Shown here: positions 13,075-25,149 of the stretch, one piece after another
How the letters are laid out: each line of letters starts with the position of its first letter
Position numbering within the stretch: the stretch's first letter is position 1
From: Octopus bimaculoides
Lineage: Eukaryota
Assembly (NCBI RefSeq): GCF_001194135.2
Contig: NC_068981.1
Location: 192,245,111-192,308,325 of the forward strand
Direction: 5' to 3'
DNA length: 63,215 bases
Position numbers and translations under genes: made by a program
The notes under the pieces: model-generated
Databases searched by the model: none
What the model was told of the DNA's origin: nothing
What the model saw: the letters and a program-made list of their open reading frames with translations, nothing else

Positions 13075-13250
13075 GGCAGGATCTGAACTCAGAGTACAAA
13101 GAGATCAAGAAAATAATATAAGGCATCTGGTTCGATTTTCTTACAGTTCAGTCAGTTCACTGTCCTGGATTGATACTTCTTTCTTGGCCTCATAAGGATG
13201 AAAGGCAAAAGTGGCCTTGGCAGGATTTGAACTCAGAGCAAATAGAGTTG
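13075..13250 (-). mobile_element. Degenerate SINE family C pieces
   Basis: ggatgaaaggcaaaagtggccttggcaggatttgaactcagag. Confidence 0.6.
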
Positions 13251-14829
13251 ATAAGGAAGTTAGAGAAAAAGACTTTTAAACCTAAAAAAATATTTCAAAA
13301 TGTTGATTGCTTTGTTTTCATAATCATGTTTGTGCAATTCTAAATAACATGTTTTTTAAACATATCTATTCATTCTTTATATGTTCTGGTAGATTCAAAT
13401 TTGAAAATCTGATCACTATTAATTATTCTTAGTCATTAGAGAACCCTCCTCTCTTTAAGATGATGTGTGTTCACAACACGTGTGATTAACTAATGTAAGG
13501 GGACTTTGAGAGACCACAGGGTTTTAACTTCATTGTGTGTCTCCTCAGTCAAAGTTAATGGGTCCCATGTGATCAATGAATCTAACAAAAGCATGAGCTC
13601 TTGTTTATAGAAATCAGCAAACACATGATTTTTTTGAAGAGTGCTGATGTCTGCTAAACAGATTATAATTCCTGAGGTGCATGCAGAACAGCAAGAGTCC
13701 AAACAATAATGTATCTACCCCAGGAGAACATTTTCTCCCTTTAGAGTGTGTTAGTTCATTACACACATGATTCACCAGTGTAAGAGGACTTTGAGACACC
13801 ATGGTGTTTCAACCTCTTGTTAGATTCATCACTGTGGCTGGCTAGCTTTGACTGAGAAGATACACAATATCATCTACAGCAAGGAGATGTTATCCAATGA
13901 CAAAGAACAATAGTGATCAGATATTCATGCTCAAATCTGCCAGAATCTATTGAGGATGGTTGGATTCTCGATATTCTGAGAGCACCTCATGAATTATTGT
14001 AAGTTTTTAAGATATTCAGGTAAAACAACAGCAACAACAAAGAAAACAATCACAACAACTATGAAGCAATAATGACAGCATCAGCAATACAACAATAACA
14101 AATATGAAGCGAGTGCAACAACAACAACAATAACAATGGTGATGATGATAATAACAACACTATCAATAACATGACAAGTAGGAAGCAATAACAGCAGCAG
14201 CTAAACAATGACAATGATGACAAAAATAACAATGATGATTGCAACAACTACCTACCACAACCACAACAATAACAATGACAACAACAACAACAAAATATTG
14301 GGAGAAACCTATTTGTTGAAATGTTACTCAGAATGAAATGGAGCTTATTGATAAAACCAAAAGTAAGGGTTAGGTGAAAGTAAGGAAATATTAATATGAT
14401 ACTTAAGAGATGAATATTTAAATGAGCTGATAATATCGTTACTGTTAACGATATTGGTTACAGATGACTGAAGATATTTCACAGTGATAAACTCATATTA
14501 CCCAGACTGTGAGAAAAACCTGACATTTATAGGTGGTGCATTGGCACAGTTGTTAGGGAATTGGTTAGAGAACCAAACGGTTCTGATTTGTTCTGATTTT
14601 CTGTGCTCTGAGCTCAAATCGCACTGAGATCAAATCCAACTTACATTCTTTCAGGATTGATAAAGTATCAGTCCAATACTAGAGTTATTGCATCTCTATA
14701 TATTTATGTATGCATATGCATGCATACATGTATGTGTATGCATGCACATGTATGCACAGGTGTGCATACATGTATGTATTTATGTATGTATGTATGTATG
14801 TATGTATGTATGCATGCATGCATGTATGT

Positions 14830-15905
14830 ATGTTATGCTTTAGTTTTATTTCTAGATTTCTTGCCAATAGAGGAGATGGTTTCTAAACTAAATCCAAGAC
14901 TACATCATTGAAATTTTATACATCAACAAGGTATTTGCACATGTTTGTGTGTATGTATGTTTGTGTGTATGTTGTGTGTATGTTTGTGTGTATGTTTGTG
15001 TGTATGTATGCAATATTTGGAATCAGTGAGGGTGGCGAGCTGGCAGAATCATTATCACGCCAGGCAAAATGCTTAGCAACATTCTGTCTGTCTTTACTGA
15101 GTTCAAATGAAATCAAGGTTGACTTTGCCTTTCATCCTTTCAGGATCAATAAAATAAGCACCAGTTGAACACAGAGGTTGATATAATCAACTTTCTCTAT
15201 ACCACCAAAATCGCTGGCCTTCTGCCAAAACTTGAAACCTTTATTCTGAGTCAGTGCATATGCAAATTTGAATGTTTAGTTGTGTGTATATATTTTCAAG
15301 CTTATAGTTGCATGTCCAGATATGTGCATATATACTTTAATGCTAAACTTTCGGAAAGTTTTAGATATTTTGGAAGTTCTATTGATGTGTATTTGTAATC
15401 TTCTAATTAGCTTTCTCCTTTCTGGTTTTGAGAATCCTAATTTCTCAAGATTGATGTTGAGGCAGTTAACTGCATATCCTGGAGCTCCAATAATTACAAG
15501 TATTTGGATGCTGTAAATTTCTTAGTAGTTCAATATAAGTGTTTAACTTTTTTACTGATCTTTAGTTTTATGTTGACATCTGCTGGGCAACTGATTTCCA
15601 CCACTGTACATACTTTCTCTTCTCTGTCCTAAATCACTATGTCTGGTTATTTATGTTTGCATTTTATTGAGGTTTTACAGGGATATTCCACCAGTACTCT
15701 TTCATATTATGAATAGCTATGGCCTCTACCACACAGTGGGTTTTTATCTCTTTGGTCCCAAGGTTATCATTCTGATGGACCGTATTGTACAATGTCTTGG
15801 CATCAACTTCATATCTCAGCAGTAGATAATAATGTGATAACATTTCAGACAATTGCTTAAGATATGGGTGATATCTTTTTGTGTTAAGTCTGTACTAGTT
15901 ATTAC
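14830..15905 (-). mobile_element. R4/Dong-like RLE retrotransposon, lineage 1, second copy, interrupted by a SINE
   Basis: Reverse complement of 3502-4220 (3' UTR 14830-14960; ORF end 15330-15905); a family C SINE sits at 15030-15242. Confidence 0.8.
15030..15242 (+). mobile_element. SINE family C nested in the RLE element
   Basis: ggtggcgagctggcagaatcatta...gagttcaaat...actttgcctttcatcc. Confidence 0.8.
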
Positions 15906-15949
15906 ATTTTGATATTATTCCTGCATCTTTGTTCCTTTTGTGTGTTTGT

Positions 15950-16220
15950 GTGTAAGTGTCTACTTGGCTTGACCTCACATGATAGTTGTAAACAAGCAGC
16001 ACTGTCAGAGAAGCAGTGTTCTTTGTTTCAAATCTTCTATGAAAACATGTCCAGCCACAGGGAAATATTACATTGCTTGGAAACAGGTCAAGTTTGGTTA
16101 CAAGAAGAGCATCCAGTCATGCACAAACCAAAGCAGACATTGGAGCAGTCCTCTGGCTTGCCAGATCCAATCAAATTGTTCAACCCATACCAGCATGGAA
16201 ACAGGATTAAATGACTATGA
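15950..16220 (+). mobile_element. Family E RTE-tailed repeat
   Basis: gatagttgtaaacaag...gaagagcatccagtc...cccataccagcatggaaac and a gat tail. Confidence 0.65.
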
Positions 16221-16239
16221 TGATATACACAAATATATG

Positions 16240-16249
<10 letters not shown>

Positions 16250-16332
<83 letters not shown>
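16250..16332. repeat. (CT)n microsatellite
   Basis: Direct reading. Confidence 0.95.
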
Positions 16333-16336
<4 letters not shown>

Positions 16337-16843
16337 ATCTATCTACTTATCTATATATCTATCTCTCTTGTTTGCACCTGTAATTCAAAGATCAAGCTTA
16401 CACAAATTGTATCATAATCATTCAGACTGAATATTACATCGTGAGTACTCATGTCTATGCAACACTCAGCCTCTTCCACATTAATTTCATGAGCTAAAAT
16501 TCCACAAGCTCAACAATTGAATATTCATCATCAAACAGTGCTGGAGAATCCATTTATCAAGTTTGTTTCCTTTCAGATTTACCGTTCCACTTACTTATTC
16601 TTCAGAAAACTTTGATAGCAATATTTTGATAAAAATATTAACTTTGATATCTTTGGTATTAAAGATCTTATTTTTATCATATTTTATGATTATTACTTCT
16701 TAATATTTGAAATAGCCTCAGGCTGCTGAAATGCTTTCGAAAATATTTAAATAAAAGAAATAAATTACAAATTTTAAAAGGAAGTAAGCCACTTTATATG
16801 CAATCTTCCACCCATTTTTACAATAAGCTCATTTTTATTGTTA

Positions 16844-16897
<54 letters not shown>

Positions 16898-17774
16898 GTT
16901 GTTGTTGTTACTTTGTGCTCCAAGTGAGCTTTCACAATCTAGCTTATGACATATAATCAGATTTAATCCTTAACTCCATGAAAATGGAATATTCTTACAA
17001 AAAAATCTAGATAAAAATATTATAAGTGATGATATCATGTAAACAGCAATTTCAATAATGTACGCATGTGTGCTCATACGTATGTATGTATGCATATGTG
17101 TATATATGTATGCATATATGTATATATGTGTGCGTTTGTATGTATTTATGTATCTATATATACATGTATGTATGCATTCATGTATGGATGTTGGTGTGTA
17201 TGAATGTATTTATGAGTATGTACATGTATGAGCATGTGCAGGTATGCAGGTATGCATATATGCTTGTATGTATATGTATGTATGCATATTTGCATATCCC
17301 ACAACCCAGAAAAAGAACCAACTACATAAGTAAAACTCAAAACATTTGGTAAGAGTTACATGTATTATTGAATATCAATTTGACTCAACACTATGCAACT
17401 TAAAATTTGTTGGCTTGTAGAATGAACCTAACATGTTGAGTATCTCTCTCTCTCTAGATGCCTGGCAAGTTAGATCTGTTCTACAAGCCTATGGAACTTT
17501 AAGTTGTATGGAGTGATGTCAAACTGTTATTAAATTAATAATTAACTAGCTGGACCTGTGAAAAATTCATGGAAAACATAAAAAATGTAAGGATCTGTAA
17601 ATTGTGTGCTGGTACCGTGAGAAATGTTTCTATATTGTGATAGTTACAGAATATAGAAAGACATGTAAAACTGATAACTATATAATCCAACCAAAATATC
17701 TGTTATGCAAACGTAAACAGAATTACTATTTAGCCTTAAAATACATCTTGGTTTAGTGGTATGGAACATTCTTC

Positions 17775-18008
17775 TGATATTCTTTTATTCTTTTACTTGT
17801 TTCAATCATTTGATGGTGGCCATGCTGGAGCACCGCCCTTTAGTTGAAGAAATCAACTCCTGGACTTATTCCCTGTAAGCCTGTTGCTTATTCTATCAGT
17901 TTCTTCTGCCAAACAGCTAAGTTACGGGAACACAAACACACCAACATCAGTTGTCAAGCAATGGTGGTGGGGGGACACAAACACTTACACACACACATAA
18001 ATATATAC

Positions 18009-18042
<34 letters not shown>

Positions 18043-18128
18043 ATATATATGATGGGCTTCTTTCAGTTTCTGTCTACCAAATTCACTCACGAGGCTTTGG
18101 TCAGCCTGAGGCTATAGTAGAAGACACT
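17775..18128 (-). mobile_element. tRNA-derived SINE, family B (5'-truncated)
   Basis: ggccatgctggagcaccgcc...gggcttctttcagtttctgtctaccaaattcactcac with an internal (AT)n. Confidence 0.85.
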
Positions 18129-18638
18129 CTTTAAAGTATAGAGTTGAATTTCATGTAGTCACCTGTTGGCAACTTTTTTCCCCCATCCATTTTGTAGGGA
18201 GTATTACCCATTTTTCTGGGCTCTTTTCACAGCTATATCCCGTTCAAAATTTGCATTAGTTTTTGTATGAAAACAAAAAAGAAGGGGAGGGGGGCTTGTT
18301 TGTAGTTTGTAGAGAAAACATTAACTGTACCTGAAAAAAAATGGTCTTTGCCTCCAACTAAAAGACATGTAGAACTATGAAAGAAGGTGAATAAGTACTA
18401 TGAAAGAAGAGAGAACTAGCACTCAGTTGTTCTAGAACACCCAGAATAAAAACGTAAACACCTGAAAGTCTTTCCCTCTATACATTACTAAACGTCTTTA
18501 CCTCTTCTTCATTGTCAAAAGTAAAGAAGCTAGAAAAGATCGATTGTATTTCAGTCTAATTGTCATTGTAAATGACTGATGCTTTCCTTTCTCTGTCTCT
18601 ATTGCTTCACTCCTTTTCTCTATGATTAAGAGAGTGAT

Positions 18639-18956
18639 GGTGCATGGCTCAGTGGTTTGGGTTATTCAGCCCACGATCGTAAAGTCATGAGTACGATTCC
18701 CTGCGGTGCACTGCGTTCTTGAGCAAGGTACTCTACTTCACCTTGCTGCAGTCCACTCAGCTGGCAAAAATGAGTTGTAACTGTAATTCAAAGGGAGCAG
18801 CCTTGTCACATTATGTGTAAGGCTGAATCACCCTGACAACTACGTTACGGTGTGTGTGCCTGTGAAGTACTCAGCCACTTGCACATTAATTTTACAAGCA
18901 GACTGTTTGTTGATCAGATAAACAAGGACCTTGTCGTTGTAACTGATGGAGTGCCA
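18639..18956 (+). mobile_element. tRNA-derived SINE, family A (near full length)
   Basis: A box tggctcagtggt, B box gagtacgattcc; body shared with three other copies in the window. Confidence 0.85.
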
Positions 18957-19189
18957 TTTTTTAATGAGTGAAAGGACAGGAAATGTTCCATATCGTAAGG
19001 CAAAAAATGTCATGTGTTTAGTATAAGCAGTGAAAGCAAAGACGAAATAATTGCTATTCCATCATGGATTCACCCTCGACTCACACTCAGTCGGTGTTTA
19101 TCAGGGGGCTTGGCTTCCAGATCTGTGAGACCCACAAATGCCACTGTTAGGACCGGATTAACACCCATAGTGACCCTAGTGGCCATGTA

Positions 19190-19400
19190 AAAACACCCAT
19201 AGTGACCATAGTGGCCATGTAAAAGCACCCCGCACACTCTGTAAAGTGGCTGGCGTTAGGGAGGGCATCCAGCCATAGACATCATACTAAAACAGACAAA
19301 TGCCAGGCAACTCTCCAGTTGGCCAACTTTTGTCAAACAACCCAACCTATACCAATATGGAGAAAAGAAGTTAAAAGATGATGATGATGATGATGATGAT
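19190..19400 (+). mobile_element. Family D RTE-tail element
   Basis: Duplicated gtggccatgtaaaa..cacc; gggcatccagccatag; (GAT)n tail. Confidence 0.7.
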
Positions 19401-19435
19401 GAGAAAGAAAGAGAAAGAATGAGTTAGATAGATGG

Positions 19436-19492
<57 letters not shown>

Positions 19493-20194
19493 AACAGAGA
19501 GACAGACAGACAAATAGATAGATATACACACACATACATATATAAAGATAACTATTTGTTCATAACTTTAAGCATCATACAAGCATGTAAAGGAAAGTTC
19601 TGGGCAAGTCATAATTTATAACTACTACATTTCAATAACCATCATCATTTAATATATATTTATGTTGCTATACTTCTATGTGTATTTCTATTAACTATGT
19701 ATGTTTCAATAAATATTATTTATTTAGTGACAACAGTTATCATTAACTAAGTCTATTATTTCTATAAATATACTTATTCTACATAATACACTGAATACCC
19801 TTTACTTTTCTCATGAAACCACTTAAAAATCAAATATTTCTTCCTATGTGATATGACATACCTTGTACCTCCTAGAATAAAGTGATATTTTATTAGAATG
19901 CTTTTACAATATTGCTTCAGCAACAATTCACTAATAAAAACCAACCATGCAGATAAATGAAGAAAATTTCAGATACTAGCTTCACTTGTTGAAGAAGTCA
20001 AGGTTTTATTAACGAAACCAATCTAATGTTTGTAATTTTCATTATAATTCCCCTTTTTCCCACCACCATTGATTACTAGAGGCATTGTGTTGTGCTGATA
20101 CTAACTTTCATGTGAGAGGCATTCCTTTCTTTGGATACAAGTCTGTTGTAGGATTTGTCCATGAGAGGATATTTAGCTGAGAATTAGGATCAGT

Positions 20195-20387
20195 ATGGTT
20201 GAGTGGTTAAGAAGCTTGCTTCCCAACCACATGGTTTGGGTTCAGTCTCACTGTGAGACACCTTCTACTATAGCCTAGGGCTGACCAAGCTGACCAAAGC
20301 CTTGTGAGTGGATTTGGTAGATGGAAATAGAAAGAATCCTGTTGTATATCTATTTATCTGTGTATATATATATATGTATGCATGTAA

Positions 20388-20420
<33 letters not shown>
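20195..20420 (+). mobile_element. SINE family B, 5' half
   Basis: gtggttaagaagcttgcttcccaaccacatgg...gtggatttggtagatggaaa plus (GT)n. Confidence 0.8.
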
Positions 20421-20421
<1 letters not shown>

Positions 20422-21755
20422 CAGAACTAGAGGAGAAGTTTCAGGTGTGGAAGCAAGGTCTAGAATCGAAGGTCCTTAGATTCAATCTAGCAAAAACCAC
20501 AAAGTCTTAGTAAGTAGAAAGGCAGACAAATCATAAATCCCTTCAGGTAGATGGCCCTGCTCGATCTGTAGAAAAGACTTAGGTAGAATCTTCATAAGAT
20601 GTACCCGGTGTAAGCTGTGGACACATAGGAGGTGCAGCAATGTCAAAGGAAGGCTAACTGGGAAGATAGCTTTTGTGTGTACCAAATACAGAGGAGTAAT
20701 AAACACTGAAAATGTGTAGAGAGGGTCATAGCCCAACTAATTAGGGAGAGAGTCAGTTTAGATGAGAAGCAGTTTCGGTTCATGCCAGCGAAAAGCACCA
20801 TTGATGCTATATTTCTGGTAAGACAGCTGCAGGAAAAATACCTAGCCAAAGATAAACCTCTGTACCTGGCTTTCATTGACATGGAGAAAGCCTTTGACAG
20901 GGTACCCCGATCCCTTATCTGGTGGTCAATCAGGAAACTAGGGATAGATGAATGGTTAATGAGAGATGTGCAAGCCATGTACAGGGACACTGTCAGTTAG
21001 GTGAGGGTCCACCAAGGTTCAGTCCTCAGCCCCCTCCTGTCTTGAATTCCTCCAGGCAATAACACAGGAATTCAAGACAGGATGCCCCTGGGAGCTCCTC
21101 TATGCTGATGACCTTGCCCTAATTGCTGAGTCACTATCAGAACTGGAGGAGAAGTTTCAGGTGTGGAAGCAAGGATTAGAATCGAAGGGCCTTAGAGTCA
21201 ACCTAGCTAAAACCAAAGTCCTAATCAGTGGAAAGGCAGACAAAACACAAACCCCTTCAGGTAGATGGCTCTGCTCAATCTGTAGAAGAGGCGTAGGTAG
21301 AAACTCTATCAGATGTACCCAGTGTAAGCTATGGACACATAAGAGGTACAGCAATATCAAAGGACGGCTAACTAGGAAGATAGTTTTTGTATGTGGCAGA
21401 TGCTCAGGAGCAATAAACACTGAAAATATGCAGAGAACAACTCCTACCACATTCCAGGGAGAAAAACTAGAAGTAGTTGATAGCTTCCGTTACCTAGGTG
21501 ACCAAATTAGTAGCAGCGGAGGGTGCTCTGAAAGTGTAGCTGCTAGAATAAGGCAAAGTTCAGAGAGCTCCTACCTCTGCTGGTGACAAAGTGCCTCTCG
21601 CTCAGAGTAAAAGGCAGACTGTATGACGCATGTGCACAACCTTCNNNNNNNNNNAGACTGTATGACGCATGTGCACAACCTTCGAACATTAGGCCTCACC
21701 GAGGCAATGACTAGTGACCGAGACCTTTGGAAATATGCTGTGCTTGAGGAGACCT
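20421..21755 (+). mobile_element. Rearranged RTE-clade LINE RT fragments
   Basis: STIDAIFLVRQLQEKY...DMEKAFDRVP, HQGSVLSP, CPWELLYADDLALIA, SFRYLG; 20421-20715 duplicates 21140-21430. Confidence 0.92.
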
Positions 21756-22225
21756 AGTTTCCTCATTGACCACCAGATAAGAGATCAGGAGACCCTGTCA
21801 AAGGCTTTCTCCATGTCAACAAAAGCCAGGTACAGAGGTTTATCTTTGGCTAGGTATTTCTCTTGCAGCTGTCTTACCAGAAATATAGCATCAGTGGTGC
21901 TTTTCCCTGGCACAAACCCAAACTGCATCTCATCTAAACTGACTCTCTTCCTAATTAGTTGGGCTATGACCCTCTCCGTGACCTTCATTACCTGATCCAA
22001 CAACTTGATACCTCTGTAATTATTTGGATCTAAAGCATCACCTTTACCTTTGTAGCATTTGACTATGGTGCTGCTACACCAGTCATTGGGTATGACTCCT
22101 TCGTGTAATCACCTGGTTAACTATAGGGGCGACTAGGCTATAGCCGATACTGCCAGATATTTTGAGCATCTCTGCAGTGATTCCTGATGGGCCGGAGGCT
22201 TTCCCTGTCTTCATACTCTTAATTG
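21756..22225 (-). mobile_element. RTE-clade LINE RT fragment, inverted
   Basis: KGKGDALDPNNYRGIKLLDQVMKVTERVIAQLIRKRVSLDEMQFGFVPGKSTTDAIFLVRQLQEK. Confidence 0.92.
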
Positions 22226-22317
22226 CTTTACATACATATATATATATAAAATAAAGGATGGCAAGTTCAGGGTGAATAATCCAGGATCCAATCTGATTCC
22301 AGTTTATAACCTTCGAT

Positions 22318-22612
22318 CAAGGGTTTTCAAACTTTTTGACTTGCGGACCCCTTTATATTTCAGGCTTTACCTTAGGGACCCCCTTATAAACGCTTATGAA
22401 ATTTATAGATAAATATTTGCTTAAAATAACATATATTTTTACATTTATTTATTTAACAGTATTTAACAAATAGGTTTATTGTCAATTAAAAGATTTCGAT
22501 TAAAAAACATATATAAAATCAAATTGCCCATAAAAAGTATTTGCTGTCTACAGATGCCCTGTCTTGTCCTTGCGGATCCCCTGTGGTCCACGGACCAGTT
22601 TGAAAACCCCTG
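22318..22612. mobile_element. Non-autonomous hAT (Charlie-like) MITE
   Basis: 16-bp TIRs caagggttttcaaact / agtttgaaaacccctg (1 mismatch); 8-bp TSD ccttcgat (22310-22317) / ccttagat (22613-22620). Confidence 0.85.
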
Positions 22613-23231
22613 CCTTAGATCATCAAGATTAGAATTTAAATTTACCCCTCTATCCCTCTAGAACTAATATGTAATACAACAGTAGCCACACATAGAACTT
22701 GCATACCAACTCAAGATATGTATTTTTGTCTTGTTCTTTTAATACTTTTGAAAAGGAGTCTTTTACACAAAATATCAGACCCAATTATATATTTCTAACG
22801 TATCTTCTTAATATCTTTATTATTATTATCATTATTGATGTCACTGTTATTGTTATTATTGATGTTTAGTATAACGATTACCATACCCTTCTACAACCCA
22901 CTGTTTTCGACAAATTAAGTTATATATGCCTCAGTTTAAACATATTAAGTGAAAAAATGATCCAAATTCAGGACTATTCTTCCTTTCATCTCTTCAGAAG
23001 AAACAAAATATTCAAATTAGATGTGAAAACTGCATTTATTAAAGGTGTTTGCTTTATTAGTTTTAGTATTTCTCAGAATATCATACAAGAGAATTACTAT
23101 TTCTATAACACTAGCAAGAAATTGTTTGAGATACACACTTAAATTTTGTGGTTTCATTGAGCCCAATGTTAGATATTCTACCATTAATTTCCCATGATAG
23201 TTGACGACTTCTTTTGCATGTTTCCACATAG

Positions 23232-23337
23232 TTCTAATTATGGCAATGCACAGAGACAATTCCAAGTATCTAGAACATTTCTTACATGAAGTACCTAAGA
23301 TTGCAACAAAGAATAAAATATGCAAAAGCTACTTCAG
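23232..23337 (+). CDS. Candidate internal coding exon of an unidentified gene (VLIMAMHRDNSKYLEHFLHEVPKIATKNKICKSYFR)
   Basis: Acceptor ttcttttgcatgtttccacatAG, donor cag|GTGAGA, exactly one open frame, unique sequence; no homology recognised. Confidence 0.35.
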
Positions 23338-23689
23338 GTGAGATGAAGTATTTACCAGAATAATCTCTCTTGCGACAGTTTCTTTTGCCTAAACAAGCTT
23401 TTTTTCTTTTTATTAGTTATTTCTTCATATGACATTAATGAAAAACTCCAAGATTTCACAGGCATTATACTTAGTAGCAGTAAATGTTCAGAAAGAATTA
23501 TCAGTCAAGAAAATAAATAATCTTTTTGGAACTATTCTGTAGATTTTATTGCAATATATTATTCTCGTTTCTTTTTAAATGGAGAATAAAAGATGGGACA
23601 TATATTCTAATTACCAATTCTACATAGGATATATTTATGTGCAACAGTAATGATGCAATATATGTATATTATCAAATAAAAATATGCAA

Positions 23690-23890
23690 ATATATCATTG
23701 CTGTTATCATCAATTAGAATCTGCTTCCTATGCTGGCATGGATTGGCTGGTTTGACAAGGATCTAGGGAGCCACAAGGCTGCATCATGCTCGAGGTCAGC
23801 TTTGACTAAATGTCTTTTCTTATGTCAACCTCTTTACAATGTGCACTAGGTGCTTTTTTTCATGCCACTGGTACTGGTGGGGTTACCAAG
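23690..23890 (-). mobile_element. Degenerate family D element
   Basis: ttcctatgctggcatggattggctggtttgacaaggatc...tttttcatgccactgg. Confidence 0.6.
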
Positions 23891-24399
23891 TAACTTGCAA
23901 GACAAGGGAGAATAAGAAATGGAGAAAGGCAAGCAAAAGTCCCTTGAGTAAGTGGGGTGGGTGAGAGGGTGGAGAGGATGCATAAATATATGTACATAAC
24001 CCCTATCACTAATCCACTCCCTCTTCCCTGTCCCCTGCAATACTCCTGTGGTACACTTCCAGTTAGTCACCACAATATTATTCTATTAATCTCTTCTTTA
24101 CTACATTATCACAACTATAAATCTGTTCCTCGCATCTTACCATTTCTCATTCCTTCATCTAGAATCATCACCTGCACTCTCTTTTATTCTCCTTCATGTA
24201 TAGAGGCCACTTTTGACCCTTACCCTTGAAAGTTAGGAAGTGATCTTTACCAGTGCTGATGACATGGAAAAAGTACCCAGTACATTCTATAAAGTAGTTG
24301 ACATTAGATCCTGTCAAACCATCCAACACATGCCAGCAAGAAGAAAGGGCAGTAACTGATAATGATGATGATGGTTGTTATTATTATTGTTATTATTTT

Positions 24400-25115
24400 G
24401 ATTTGGCTCAGGTTTGGTCTTATTCCTAGTAGGAATTATGTGGATAGTGGGTTACTTACCTGTAACCTTAAGTATCCACAAGTTTTCAGCAGTCTTTCAA
24501 GTCTTTAGAACCCTCCTGATAATCCTTGCTGTACCTAAGAGACAAACTTTCTGTAGAAGCTCTACCGGGTATTCTATTTCAATATCCTTCAGCCATTTGT
24601 CTATATCTTGGTTGCCTGTTCCCAACACACCAATTTTTACAGGCACGACCTATACTGTTTGCATGTTCCAAATTTTTCCGATTTCAAACTTTAAGGGATT
24701 GTTTTTTGTTTTTTTTTTTCTTCCACTTTCTTTACAAGCCTGGAATCAAATTGACATGATGGGTCGATCAGTAAGCAACTTCACTTTTCCTTATTTACAA
24801 TCATTATGTCTGTTCTATTATTTTCTAATTTCTTATCCATTTGAATAGGAAAGTCCCACAAAATCTTACATTTCTCTGACTCCAGTACTCTTTCAATTCA
24901 ATGATTTTACCATGTGTTTCCAGCTTTAAATCCCCATTTCTGGCACAGTTTCCAGTGTAAAACTTTTACAACCTGGTCATGCCTCCATTTCTCATATTCT
25001 TCCTGTGCTAACTTGGGGCATTCTTCCACAATGTATGCCACTGTCTCATTCCAGGTTCCACAGGCTCTAAATTTTTCTGACACATTCTCTCCATATATAT
25101 TTTTTCTCAAGTTGG
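24400..25115 (-). mobile_element. R4/Dong-like RLE retrotransposon, lineage 2, 3' fragment
   Basis: Zinc-knuckle region RACGTWNETVAYIVEECPKLAQEEYEKWRHDQVVKVLHWKLC; end VVPVKIGVLGT...LQKVCLLGTARIIRRVL; (AAT)n after the 3' end. Confidence 0.85.
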
Positions 25116-25149
25116 TTACTTTTATTGATGATGGTGATGATTAAAAGTG

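Noticed and set aside
18639-18715. tRNA-like sequence
   Set aside because: It has only A/B boxes, no complete cloverleaf, and continues into a multi-copy SINE body.
21616-21683. 29-bp duplication agactgtatgacgcatgtgcacaaccttc around a 10-N gap
   Set aside because: Same gap-overlap artefact; it also makes the apparent RTE deletion here uncertain.
23010-23044. KLDVKTAFIKG resembles the Copia RT motif QLDVKTAFLHG
   Set aside because: No other Copia RT motifs occur in any frame nearby.
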